A stretch of 62,792 bases of DNA, taken from assembly GCA_964401115.1 (NCBI GenBank), contig CAYNXD010000025.1:1-62792 (forward strand). Direction: 5' to 3'. The DNA comes from an uncultured Candidatus Poseidoniales archaeon. GTDB taxonomy: Archaea > Thermoplasmatota > Poseidoniia > Poseidoniales > Thalassarchaeaceae. Below are positions 18,368 through 28,154 of the stretch, piece after piece. The position numbers and the translations under genes are program-made. The notes beneath the pieces were generated by a model. That model was not told the origin of the DNA. It saw nothing but the letters and a program-made list of their open reading frames with translations, and searched no databases. Numbering within the stretch: position 1 is the first letter of the stretch; every line of letters begins with the position of its first letter.

Positions 18368-20152
18368 TTGGATAACGAAAAATTCGCACCATTGAAGATG
18401 GCTGGCGTTGAAGGTCAAGTTACTGCTATTTTGACCGATGAAAATCTGCTATTGGAGCGTAGCGATGGTAAAGGAATGCGATTTGAACTTGACTCAATTT
18501 CCCGTATTAGAAATCATCATGTTGCAGTGACTCCTCCTCTATTGACTTTATTTGGTGTCCTTTCACTCGTAGCTAGCATACGTGTGTTTAGTGGTCAAAT
18601 TCAGATTTACTCATTTATTCTTGGAGTTAGTTCGTTACTGGTTTGGTATCTTGGTAGAAAACCTGCGCTCTGTCTAGACACTAAGCAGGGAGACAGGCAT
18701 ATACTACATGGGCGTGAAAACCTATTACAAAGAATGTACATTATCCTAGATAGGATGTCTGATGGTTGCCCCCTAGATGAGGCTGTAATTGGTTTGGAGG
18801 ATTTCCAAACTTTTGAGTTGGCACCAATCGGTGACATAAATGATGTTAGACATGAAGAAGAATCTGTTGCGGCTGTAGAAGCACAACTGAATATAGCTGC
18901 CGAACAGGAACAATCTCTAGAACAAGCACTGGCAGAATTACATAGAAATAAAAACAAAAATTCATTATCATTCAATCATGTAAATCAACCCGCAGCAGAT
19001 TCTCAACCAGATAGTGTTTCTGCATATGAGAGAGTTTGGGGTAGAGGGGAGCCAGATTGGTACTCTGAAAAAGAAAATCAAGCCAAGCAAACTAGTATGT
19101 TTGAACGTTCCACTAAAGCATTGGCGGGACAGAGGGAAACTAGCAATGTTGAAACTACTAACTACGATGCACCATTCCAATTACCCGGTTTTGAAAATTT
19201 GAATTCAAAACCATCTGAACCCGAACCATCAATGAATCGTGCGCAGGTTGCAATTCAGGAAGCAAGCGATGCTGCATTTGATTCTGGCGCCGGGATGTTC
19301 GGTATCTTCGATCAACTGGATAGTAATCCCAATCCTGCGCCCCAATCAACCACCACAAATTCTCCATTACAGAACCATTCAATACAGTCAACAACACAAC
19401 CAATTTTGAGACCTAGTGAAACTAAGGTTTCGTCATATTCGATGATTGCTTCTGCAGCAGGCCCGAATTTACCCGAGCCATCTAGGGTCGCTTTGAGAAC
19501 TGACATCCCCACCAGCCCAGGATTGGTTGCATCCGCTAAGTTGTCTGATGATTCTGAAAAGAAATTACAACTCCCTAAGAAACTAGGGGACACATTCACT
19601 AGAGTAACAAAAACAGACCCACTTGCTGGATACCCTGCTTTGAGTAGGATGCAAAAAAAATATGCACAAGAATCTCGTTTGCGAGTCAATAATTCATCAT
19701 ATAGGAGGAGGGGTCGCGCTCACAAAGTAATCGAAGAATGGGTCAAACCTAGTTTGGAGAGGATTGACAAAACAAGAAGAAAAATTGGTCGTAAATTGTC
19801 TGGAGCAGGCGACGGATATCGTGACGTCTATGGTGATGAAGATGGAACTCAGGACGATTCGTTTGTTGAGGAAAATTTCCAAACTAACCAAATCATCAGA
19901 CTCCGCGCAGATCAAGATTCACAATCTGAAATCCAAGAACGACTTCAGTTACTAACTGTAAATGGTGGGGGTCAGATTGCCGAAGACCTTGCAAATCGAA
20001 CGTTACGTGGGGTATCAAATAGTTCAGAATCTAGTCCGATGTCACTATCTGGAGAATCTTCGAAGAAATTGGATGCGCCAAATAACTTCAGTGGCATGAT
20101 TGCTAGTACCGAGCCATCCCCTAGATTCGCTGGGATGAGGCGCCTCGGATAA
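18368..20152 (+). CDS. Hypothetical membrane protein (two N-terminal TM helices, long low-complexity cytoplasmic part)
   Basis: 594-aa ORF with a hydrophobic hairpin at about aa 55-95 followed by an acidic, Ser/Pro-rich region. Confidence 0.7.
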   Translation: MDNEKFAPLKMAGVEGQVTAILTDENLLLERSDGKGMRFELDSISRIRNHHVAVTPPLLTLFGVLSLVASIRVFSGQIQIYSFILGVSSLLVWYLGRKPALCLDTKQGDRHILHGRENLLQRMYIILDRMSDGCPLDEAVIGLEDFQTFELAPIGDINDVRHEEESVAAVEAQLNIAAEQEQSLEQALAELHRNKNKNSLSFNHVNQPAADSQPDSVSAYERVWGRGEPDWYSEKENQAKQTSMFERSTKALAGQRETSNVETTNYDAPFQLPGFENLNSKPSEPEPSMNRAQVAIQEASDAAFDSGAGMFGIFDQLDSNPNPAPQSTTTNSPLQNHSIQSTTQPILRPSETKVSSYSMIASAAGPNLPEPSRVALRTDIPTSPGLVASAKLSDDSEKKLQLPKKLGDTFTRVTKTDPLAGYPALSRMQKKYAQESRLRVNNSSYRRRGRAHKVIEEWVKPSLERIDKTRRKIGRKLSGAGDGYRDVYGDEDGTQDDSFVEENFQTNQIIRLRADQDSQSEIQERLQLLTVNGGGQIAEDLANRTLRGVSNSSESSPMSLSGESSKKLDAPNNFSGMIASTEPSPRFAGMRRLG

Positions 20153-20153
20153 A

Positions 20154-21488
20154 TCAAATCAATTCTGGATGTTCCTCTAGATATTGGATAGTAATCTTTC
20201 TATCTAAATAATCAGGCTCATCTAGAATCTTTTTATGAAGGGGGATTACACTATCTACTCCTACAAGAACAGTCTCAGCAAGTGCAGTCTTCATGCTCGC
20301 AATGGCTTCTTCTCGGGTACGGCCCCAGGTAATCATTTTGGCAAGAAGTGAATCAAAACATCCAGGCATCTCATACCCAATATGTGCGTGAGTATCAACT
20401 CTAATTCCAAACCCAGTTGGGAAATGGCAATCCCAAATTCTTCCTGGCGATGGGACAAATTTGACAGGGTCTTCTGCATTTATACGGCATTGAATGGCGT
20501 GGCCAGAAATTGTGATATCTTCTTGTTTTAGGGTAAGAGGTTCTCCTGCAGCAACTCTAATGCCAAGTGATACAAGATCGTAGCTGGTAATCATTTCAGT
20601 AACGGTATGCTCAACCTGCACTCTCGGATTTACCTCTAAGAAGTAGAATTTTCCATGGATGTCTCTAAGGAATTCAAATGTTGCCAACCCTTTGTAACCA
20701 ACCGCTTCAGCCCCAGCGCAAACCCTAGCCCCAATTTCTGCACGTACTTCTTCAGACAGCCAAGGTCCCTCCTCGAGCAACTTTTGGTGCCTTCTTTGAA
20801 TTGAACAGAACCGCTCACCAAAATGAATTGCTCTCTTTCCATCTGCTAACACTTGAAACTCCACATGTTGCGCTCCTTCGATATATTTCTCAACGAAAAC
20901 ACGCTCATCTCCGAATGCAGAACTTGCTCTTGATTGACAGATATTCAAAGCAGATTCGAATTCCCCCTCTTCATGAACAATTTGCATTCCAATTCCACCA
21001 CCTCCTGCGGCGGCTTTAATAATCACAGGGTAACCAATTTCAATTGCTATTTCTTTTGCCTCTGGAACACTTGAAACTGGCTCACTACTACCTTTAGCAA
21101 CCGGTAATCCTGCTTCTTCCATAGCACGCCTTGCCTCAATTTTATCACCAAGTAATGAAATGACATCAGATGAAGGGCCAATGAAAGTAATACCCTCTTC
21201 TTCGCAGCGCTTTACGAAGGATGCATTCTCAGCTAAAAAGCCATAACCAGGGTGGATTGCTTCTGCACCGATATTCTTTGCTGCTGCAATAACGGATTCA
21301 TAATCTAGATAGGAATCGAGTGGGTTTGTTGCATAATTAGCAACAGCGATGTCCGAGAATCTAACAGGTAATGATAACCGGTCTTCTCTCCCATGAATTA
21401 TTGCAACCTCACATCCTAGGTTTCTTAATGCGCGTGAAATTCTTAGGGCAATTTCGCCTCGGTTAGCAATGAGGACCCTCTTGAACAT
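20154..21488 (-). CDS. accC: Biotin carboxylase subunit (acetyl/propionyl-CoA or pyruvate carboxylase type)
   Basis: VLIANRGEIALR, IHPGYGFLAEN, KAAAGGGGIGM, CSIQRRHQK, EVNPRVQVEH, RINAED. No fused BCCP. Confidence 0.92.
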   Translation of the reverse strand: MFKRVLIANRGEIALRISRALRNLGCEVAIIHGREDRLSLPVRFSDIAVANYATNPLDSYLDYESVIAAAKNIGAEAIHPGYGFLAENASFVKRCEEEGITFIGPSSDVISLLGDKIEARRAMEEAGLPVAKGSSEPVSSVPEAKEIAIEIGYPVIIKAAAGGGGIGMQIVHEEGEFESALNICQSRASSAFGDERVFVEKYIEGAQHVEFQVLADGKRAIHFGERFCSIQRRHQKLLEEGPWLSEEVRAEIGARVCAGAEAVGYKGLATFEFLRDIHGKFYFLEVNPRVQVEHTVTEMITSYDLVSLGIRVAAGEPLTLKQEDITISGHAIQCRINAEDPVKFVPSPGRIWDCHFPTGFGIRVDTHAHIGYEMPGCFDSLLAKMITWGRTREEAIASMKTALAETVLVGVDSVIPLHKKILDEPDYLDRKITIQYLEEHPELI

Positions 21489-21553
21489 GGATAATCACAC
21501 TAGGCCACGGTTCAAGATTATGACGCATAAATTATACATTTGAAAAAATGAAA

Positions 21554-22837
21554 TTAGTAGACGTCTCTCAGGTATCTTTTCTCTTCCTTCATTAATCTCT
21601 GCTCAACGAATTCCTTTGCATCTTCTGGAGACATCCCTCCGTGCTCAACTGCTATATCGATGAGGGTTTGGTGTACGTCCTTGGCCATACGGAACTTGTC
21701 GCCACAAACATAGAAGTATGCGCCCCCTTCAATCCATGACCATATTTCTTCTCCATGCTTTGCCATCAGATTCTGGACGTAAGTTTTGGGTATCTCTGCC
21801 ATTCTGGACCATGCCAAATCAAGTTTTGTCAAAAGGCCACTATCTTTCCAATTACTCAATTCATTCTCGTAAAGGTAATCGTGAGTGGATGTTCTGTCTC
21901 CAAAGAACAACCAATTTCTGCCCTTGGCTTTGTCAAACTCTCGCTGCTCAAGAAATGCCCTGAAGGGAGCAATTCCAGTACCCGGCCCAACCATAATAAT
22001 GTCAGTATCGCCATCTTTGGGAAGAACAAAACTTCGTGTAGGGGACATGAACATCGGAATGGACATATCGTTTAGGGGGGCATGGTCTGCCATGTATACA
22101 GTGCATAATCCACCCCTGTCTCTACCATGATGATTGTATCTGACAATTGCCACTGTCAATTCGACCTCACCGGGATGTGCATCAGGTGAAGATGCTATCG
22201 AGTAAAGTCGGGGTTTGAGTCTGTCAAGTTTTGTTACAAATTCTTGTGGATTGAATGAGAGATTTGGCATATCAGAAAGGAGGTCAATGTAATCTCTACT
22301 CCAAATATAATCCTCCATGGCGTCTGAATCATTAACTAATGATTCCCATAGTATGAGGGATGGATCATCAGCAGAACCGACGGGGGCGAATTCGGGGGGG
22401 TAATCCTCTTCATCACCAGACCAATTCCATTCCAATTTACTTTCACCCCTGGGCGCGTTATTTCTAATTCTCCCGACTAACCTTAGAGTAACTTTGGGGC
22501 CGGTATCAGAAAATTTTTCCTCAAGTCCTTGAATGAACTTCTTTGAAAGTCGGTGGACTTCGTAATGGTTGGTCAAAGCGTCTTCAATAGTGGCTTCACC
22601 AAGATGAGTTTCTACAACTTCATCACCACTGAAATTCAATAGTCCGATTAAATCTGAAACTAGTTCTGGAGGATTTTGGGGAATAATTCCAAGAGCGTCT
22701 CCAACTTTGTATTTCAGTCCCGATTTCCCTAGGTCAAAGCAAATGTGTCTAGTCTCCTTTGTAGAGTCCGGGTGTGTAATCAATTTCTTATCAATCATTT
22801 CTCCGAGGTATGGATTCTTACTACTATAATCGCTCAT
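21554..22837 (-). CDS. CysJ-like FAD/NADPH reductase lacking the flavodoxin domain
   Basis: SKNPY, YKVGDALG, PRLYSIASS, GGLCT, MVGPGTGIAPFRAF, NWLFFG, YVCGD, C-terminal RYLRDVY. Confidence 0.85.
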   Translation of the reverse strand: MSDYSSKNPYLGEMIDKKLITHPDSTKETRHICFDLGKSGLKYKVGDALGIIPQNPPELVSDLIGLLNFSGDEVVETHLGEATIEDALTNHYEVHRLSKKFIQGLEEKFSDTGPKVTLRLVGRIRNNAPRGESKLEWNWSGDEEDYPPEFAPVGSADDPSLILWESLVNDSDAMEDYIWSRDYIDLLSDMPNLSFNPQEFVTKLDRLKPRLYSIASSPDAHPGEVELTVAIVRYNHHGRDRGGLCTVYMADHAPLNDMSIPMFMSPTRSFVLPKDGDTDIIMVGPGTGIAPFRAFLEQREFDKAKGRNWLFFGDRTSTHDYLYENELSNWKDSGLLTKLDLAWSRMAEIPKTYVQNLMAKHGEEIWSWIEGGAYFYVCGDKFRMAKDVHQTLIDIAVEHGGMSPEDAKEFVEQRLMKEEKRYLRDVY

Positions 22838-22988
22838 TCTAATCTATTCCTCCTCTAGCCCGCCCCCGCGGATAATTGCCCGTTCAACCCGCCGTTTATC
22901 AAGCGAATGGAGTGGCGTTCCCGAATAAAATCCCGATTGAAGCGCGTAACTAAAGCCGGCGGCCAACGTCGGATAGAAGGGTGGTAAT

Positions 22989-23765
22989 GTGGTAGAGGTG
23001 CAATTCCTTGGAAGTGGCAATGCTTTTTGTCCCGATGGAAGACTACATTCTCTGGTACTAATTGATAACAAAATATTAGTTGACGCTCCACCTACAATTA
23101 TACCGCAATTGAAGCGAGCCAATATCAGCCCTTCTGAAATCAATACCATGTTAATTACTCATTGGCATGGTGATCATATCTTTGGATTTCCATTCTTTAT
23201 TCTTGAACGCAAGTATATCTCGGATAGAGACTGCTCGAATATTCTTAATGTACATCTTCACAAAGGGGGTGCTGAGCGCTTCGCAAATATCTCAGAGCTT
23301 GCATTCCCTAAGACATTAACAGTGGATTTAGACAGCCGTGTAAATTTTTGTGAAGATAGAAGTGGCCGGGTGGCTGGTTGTCCTGACTGGCAATATGAAA
23401 GATTCGAGGTGGAGCACGTACCTGAGACCGAACCACACGGTTACCAGCTACAACATGATTCAGGTTTGACAATTCTGCATTGCGGAGATTCAGGACCATG
23501 CGGCGAAATTGAAGATAGAGCAAAGAGTGCCCACATAGTAATCATAGAGGTGGGTGTCCCTGATGGTGTGCCAACAGAAATGCATTACAAACCATCATCA
23601 ATTTCAGAACTGGCCAACAAAAACCCCAAAACAACCTTTCTTGCAACTCATTTATTCACGCCAGCAGATGTGAAAATCCCCCATCTTCCAGACAATGTAA
23701 TTCAAGCCAATGATGGAGATAAATTTACTCTCAATGAAGATGGCTCCGTTGAAAAAATAGCCTAA
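22989..23765 (+). CDS. Metallo-beta-lactamase-fold hydrolase (RNase Z-like)
   Basis: FLGSGNAF, ITHWHGDH, EVEH, GDSGP, ATH. Confidence 0.82.
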   Translation: MVEVQFLGSGNAFCPDGRLHSLVLIDNKILVDAPPTIIPQLKRANISPSEINTMLITHWHGDHIFGFPFFILERKYISDRDCSNILNVHLHKGGAERFANISELAFPKTLTVDLDSRVNFCEDRSGRVAGCPDWQYERFEVEHVPETEPHGYQLQHDSGLTILHCGDSGPCGEIEDRAKSAHIVIIEVGVPDGVPTEMHYKPSSISELANKNPKTTFLATHLFTPADVKIPHLPDNVIQANDGDKFTLNEDGSVEKIA

Positions 23766-24240
23766 ATAATATTATCAAATGTAAGAATATAAATAATAAT
23801 TATAACATCACTTTATGGTTCTTGTAATTAATTGTCATTTTTCATTGATCTGATATTTGATATTGTTGCATTTAGAAATATAATACAAAATCTCGCGATA
23901 ATTGTTACAAAAAACCTCTCAAAAAAATCACTCTTCAAATTTGATAATAGTTTATCGAACACTCGCGCGACAAACATCAGATGCTTCGGCGACCGTTCAG
24001 GTAGAAAAATATCAAAACCTAACTCCAACGAGGAATAATTGTTATTTTTTATCCAATTCCAATTGAGAGTTCATATAGTAGATTTCTATTTTGACATTAA
24101 GAAAATATGTAGTCAGCCTCTAAGTTATCAATTAGGCTTATTAGACCGTCACACTTCCTCGTGAATCTCCGTAACGGGGGCGACTGTGACTCTAACATGA
24201 AAGATTGACTAGTTAAGAAGAAAAAGAATGGTGTTATAAA
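23766..24240. other. AT-rich intergenic region upstream of cdc6; candidate replication origin
   Basis: 475 bp noncoding and very AT-rich at 23765-23890, next to orc1/cdc6. Only degenerate ORB-like words are present (TTCAGGTAGAAA near 23997). Confidence 0.35.
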
Positions 24241-25479
24241 ATGAGTGAAAATATTTTCAACCATCTACTTACTAGTGACAGCCTCTTCAAAAATAGAGAA
24301 GTTCTCCATCATGGCTTCATTCCAGAGAACCTACCTCATAGAGATAAAGAGATTGAATCACTGGTTCATAACCTCGTTGAGGCATTACATGGTCAGATCC
24401 CATCTAATATGATTCTTTATGGGCAACCAGGTCTTGGAAAGACCGCTGCTACAAGGCATGTATGTCAGCAATTATTAGCCCGTGGAAAAGAGTTGGGTCG
24501 CACAATAAATACAGTTGAAGTTAACTGTTGCACAGTGGATACCAAGTACAGGGTTCTCGCTCAATTAGCTAATGATTTGGTGGAGGACAGTAGCAAACAT
24601 GTGCCCTTCACAGGTTGGCCGACTGACAAGGTTTTTGATAGACTTAGAGAAAATATGGATTCCTTGGGCGGTGTTCATATCTTCGTTTTGGATGAGATTG
24701 ATCATTTAGTTAAGCGGCATGGGGATGATATTCTATACCCCCTAACTAGCCTTAATTACGAATTAAGAAATTCACGTTGTTGTATTATTGGGATTACTAA
24801 TGATTTGCAATTCACAGATATGTTAGACGCTAGAATAGCATCACGTCTTGGTTCTGAGGATGTAGCATTTTCACCATACAATGCTCAACAGATTGAGGAC
24901 ATCCTAGAGAATCGCGCGCACGCGGGTGTGCGAGAGGGCGTACTTTCGGGTGGTGTCATAAAACTCTGTTCAGCGCTTGCCGCTCAAGAACATGGGGATG
25001 CTAGGCGTGCTTTGGATTTACTTAGGGTGGCAGTTCATAAGGCAGATATTAAAGGAGCAAAATCTGTCACTACTGAGCATGTTAGATTGGCTCAAAATCA
25101 ATTACAATTTGATCAAATGACGCCTGTAATTTCTGGTCTTCCTTTCCATCAGAAATTGGTCCTATACAGTATTCTTCTGAATGAATCAAATGGTCTAACA
25201 AATGTTTCTACTGGTGAGATATATTCTGTTTATCAAATGACATGCCACAACGCCTCGGTGACTCCACTAGTATCTCGTTCAATTGGAAATGTCGTAAAGA
25301 ATCTAGATACACTAGGTTTAGTCACCACCAAGACTACAAGTTTAGGAAGATATGGTAGGAGTAATCGAATAAATTCCTGCATTCCCAGCAACATCGATCC
25401 AATCCCAATCATGTTGGGGGCTGATGAGGGTATGAAACCAGTGATAAACGCGACTTATCGCTTACAATCTAGACTTTAA
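24241..25479 (+). CDS. cdc6: Orc1/Cdc6 replication initiator
   Basis: LPHRDKEI, Walker A GQPGLGKT, Walker B VLDEID, PYNAQQIEDIL, HGDARRALDLLR, C-terminal winged helix with GRYGR. Confidence 0.95.
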   Translation: MSENIFNHLLTSDSLFKNREVLHHGFIPENLPHRDKEIESLVHNLVEALHGQIPSNMILYGQPGLGKTAATRHVCQQLLARGKELGRTINTVEVNCCTVDTKYRVLAQLANDLVEDSSKHVPFTGWPTDKVFDRLRENMDSLGGVHIFVLDEIDHLVKRHGDDILYPLTSLNYELRNSRCCIIGITNDLQFTDMLDARIASRLGSEDVAFSPYNAQQIEDILENRAHAGVREGVLSGGVIKLCSALAAQEHGDARRALDLLRVAVHKADIKGAKSVTTEHVRLAQNQLQFDQMTPVISGLPFHQKLVLYSILLNESNGLTNVSTGEIYSVYQMTCHNASVTPLVSRSIGNVVKNLDTLGLVTTKTTSLGRYGRSNRINSCIPSNIDPIPIMLGADEGMKPVINATYRLQSRL

Positions 25480-25542
25480 GCATATTATTTTCAGTCTATA
25501 TCGCTAAGAATTGTTAAGAAAGGGTCGCCGGTCGCCCGCCTC

Positions 25543-26133
25543 ATGGGTAATGACATGGACGCGAGCGAAGGCGGCAGTGAGGCTGTTGGCATGTTGCTTG
25601 ATTGGATTAAGTCTCCCGGCAAAACATTCTCATCGCTAATTTTTGGTCTTGGGGTATGGGGATTACTACTTGGAATAGTTAACGTAGCTATTGGAGCAGT
25701 AGTTGCTGGTGAGAGAAAAATCGTATGGGCAGGTTATCTTACAATGGGTTATCTATGGGATGAGCCTTATTCTGAGATGATATACAGACCTTACTCTGAT
25801 ACCGTATTCATCGGCATGGCACTTGTTGGAATTTTTTGGGGTGCATACGGATTAAATCAAAAGGGCGAAGGTGGATTTCAAGCATGGATTACAGGCGTAA
25901 TTTTCAACCCCATTTGGACTAGCCTTGTTTCAGGTAGTGAAGAGGGTGGTATGACAATGAGTGCTGCAGCTTGGTGTCTTCTACTAGGATTTGGATTCTA
26001 CGCTTATTGGTCAATAGTTCATTGGGCTTGGACGGACATTGGAGTTTATGCAGTAACTGCACCACTTCTAGCATTTGGTTTTGGTCTTCGATACTTGGCT
26101 CTAGTTGGTGATGAAGCACCAGTGGCTGAATGA
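25543..26133 (+). CDS. Hypothetical multi-pass membrane protein
   Basis: About 4 hydrophobic segments. TTAAG box about 25 nt upstream. Confidence 0.72.
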   Translation: MGNDMDASEGGSEAVGMLLDWIKSPGKTFSSLIFGLGVWGLLLGIVNVAIGAVVAGERKIVWAGYLTMGYLWDEPYSEMIYRPYSDTVFIGMALVGIFWGAYGLNQKGEGGFQAWITGVIFNPIWTSLVSGSEEGGMTMSAAAWCLLLGFGFYAYWSIVHWAWTDIGVYAVTAPLLAFGFGLRYLALVGDEAPVAE

Positions 26134-26137
26134 AGAT

Positions 26138-27088
26138 TCAAATTCCCTTTCGGAATAAACGGCTGTGTCCGTTAATACCTCGAATTGCGTCATTATATCC
26201 TTCTAGAGCACCTATCCAGAGTGCAGCACTCCATAGCAAATAGTTACGGAAAATCAAAACACATATCATCATTAAAATTAATGAAATTAAAGAATCAACA
26301 ACTCCGAAAATGACGGAGATGAATAGTAGTGGTAGAATAATCATAACAAATTTTCCATCGGAGGTAAAATCATGTTTAATCCTTGGATATTTTCTCATGA
26401 TTCTAATGTGCGCGCGCGCATCTCTTCTTCGCTTTTGTAGAAAATGTCCGAGATTATTCTCTGCAACATGATCAACAATAGCATCAGGTACGTAGCGAAT
26501 AGTTCCCCCAGATTCTAATATCTTCATTGAAACTTCCATGTCTTCAGCGTGAAACCATTCTGGATCAAAGCCACCACGTGAAATTAACGAATCCCTCTTG
26601 AACATGGAGCACGGCCCATTTGCTAGAGTGGCTTTCTCTCCTCTTTTAGAATACTTGTTCGCTACAGAAGTAGCCCTAAGCCTACTCACTGATGTTCTAC
26701 CTTCATCAAATAATACTCTTCCTGTTACTGCTTCGAACCCTTCACTCGAAGCAAATAACTTCTCAATCCAATTTGGCCTTGGCTTACAATCAATATCTGT
26801 AATCGCGACCCATTCACCATTTGCTTCGTTTAGTGCGCGATTTCTTCCTGCAGAGAGTCCAAGCTGCTTCTGTGAAATGACTCTTACAGAGACTTCGCCT
26901 GAAATTGGTTCCAAATTGTGCCACTTCTGGAGAACTTCAGTGCCACCGTCAGTTGAACCGTCATCGACTGCAATCACTTCAATTGGGTGGTATGTCTGAG
27001 CACAGATGGCTTTCATACAGTGATCTATCCACCGTTTTCCATTTCTAACACAAACTGTAATTGAAATTAGTGGATTGGTCAAAATCAC
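26138..27088 (-). CDS. Glycosyltransferase family 2 with C-terminal TM helices
   Basis: EVIAVDDGSTD, GLSAGRN, ITDID (DxD), GGFD...AED. The GTG 27088 start overlaps the upstream stop and follows GGAGGT. Confidence 0.88.
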   Translation of the reverse strand: MILTNPLISITVCVRNGKRWIDHCMKAICAQTYHPIEVIAVDDGSTDGGTEVLQKWHNLEPISGEVSVRVISQKQLGLSAGRNRALNEANGEWVAITDIDCKPRPNWIEKLFASSEGFEAVTGRVLFDEGRTSVSRLRATSVANKYSKRGEKATLANGPCSMFKRDSLISRGGFDPEWFHAEDMEVSMKILESGGTIRYVPDAIVDHVAENNLGHFLQKRRRDARAHIRIMRKYPRIKHDFTSDGKFVMIILPLLFISVIFGVVDSLISLILMMICVLIFRNYLLWSAALWIGALEGYNDAIRGINGHSRLFRKGI

Positions 27089-28104
27089 ACCTCCCGTGTG
27101 AATACATCCAGTAATCTCCTGCAATTCTTTTTAGTTTCCTCTGTAGTAATTCTAAGGACCACGCCCTTTCCCGGTTGCCCGTAAACTAATGCACATCCAA
27201 GGGGCGCAATTAGGTGGATAATTAGTGGCGCCAAATCTTCTTCACCATTCACTACTACTAACGTAGGCTCACTATTGGAGAGAGCCACTTTGGTTGCCAG
27301 TTTCAAATCTGCTGTAATTACTCCTGGGGGGCTAGTGCAGGTCGTTAATGAGGTGAATACAGTTCTATCCAAATCTGCGGCAGGCGCCCATGGCTCTCGT
27401 TTGGTCATTCCATCTACAAATGCGATGTCTGGGACAATGTTCATTTCAACTAAGGTTTGGACGCAAACATCCCCAACTGCAATTAGCTTTGGTGAGTTGT
27501 CTTGAATAGTTGCAATTGCTTTTTTCATTGCTATTGAGGTGTTTGATTCTGGTCCCTCGAAAAGCGTTCCATAGGGCTTTTTCAATTCATCATCCAATAT
27601 TTCGGGCATTCTCTGATCTATGTACATTTCAGAGTCTCCAAGCCAACTGGAACCATCTCTTCCAATTTGCCCAGCACGAATTCTGCTAGATGATATGATA
27701 TTACCATCTGAACAAGAAACGTGATCCGCTTCAATAATTGATAAGGGGGGCAATCCTCTATGCTGGCGCCTAGAATTGATGTCTTCGCAAGCAGATATTG
27801 TTTCAGGGGTACAGCCAATAGCATCAGCATCCTCACAGGTTGAGGCTGGACCAATCGAATCATTCAGGAGATGGATTGTAAGATTTTCAGAATAACCAGA
27901 TTCTTCAGCCCATAGCAAAATCTCATTCTTTCGTGCCTCCCAACTCAGTATCAGTGGATTCTTTTTCTGTGCTAATTCATCACTGATTAGCCAAACTTGC
28001 ACAGTTTCAGATTTTTCTAGACAGGTAGTTAGAAGGTGCTCATGGCCAACATGAAAGCGGTCAAAAGTACCGCCGAGTAGACATAGCGAGTGGTGCCCCA
28101 TCAT
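27085..28104 (-). CDS. coaD: Bifunctional phosphopantetheine adenylyltransferase / GTP-dependent dephospho-CoA kinase (DUF359) fusion
   Basis: N-terminal GGTFDRFHVGH and ISSSRIRAG. C-terminal ELKKPYG, AVGDV, VDGMTKR, GEEDL, YGQPGKGVV. Confidence 0.88.
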   Translation of the reverse strand: MMGHHSLCLLGGTFDRFHVGHEHLLTTCLEKSETVQVWLISDELAQKKNPLILSWEARKNEILLWAEESGYSENLTIHLLNDSIGPASTCEDADAIGCTPETISACEDINSRRQHRGLPPLSIIEADHVSCSDGNIISSSRIRAGQIGRDGSSWLGDSEMYIDQRMPEILDDELKKPYGTLFEGPESNTSIAMKKAIATIQDNSPKLIAVGDVCVQTLVEMNIVPDIAFVDGMTKREPWAPAADLDRTVFTSLTTCTSPPGVITADLKLATKVALSNSEPTLVVVNGEEDLAPLIIHLIAPLGCALVYGQPGKGVVLRITTEETKKNCRRLLDVFTREV

Positions 28105-28154
28105 TACTTCGTGTTAGTAGGGCCTCAATCAAACCTACGCTGAAAATCGAAGAA

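Noticed and set aside
22844-23149. Minus-strand ORFs between the cysJ-like and MBL genes
   Set aside because: They overlap the MBL hydrolase antisense and a divergent promoter region.
23828-24038. Two overlapping 66-68 aa ORFs upstream of cdc6
   Set aside because: AT-rich composition with no RBS or motif; likely spurious.
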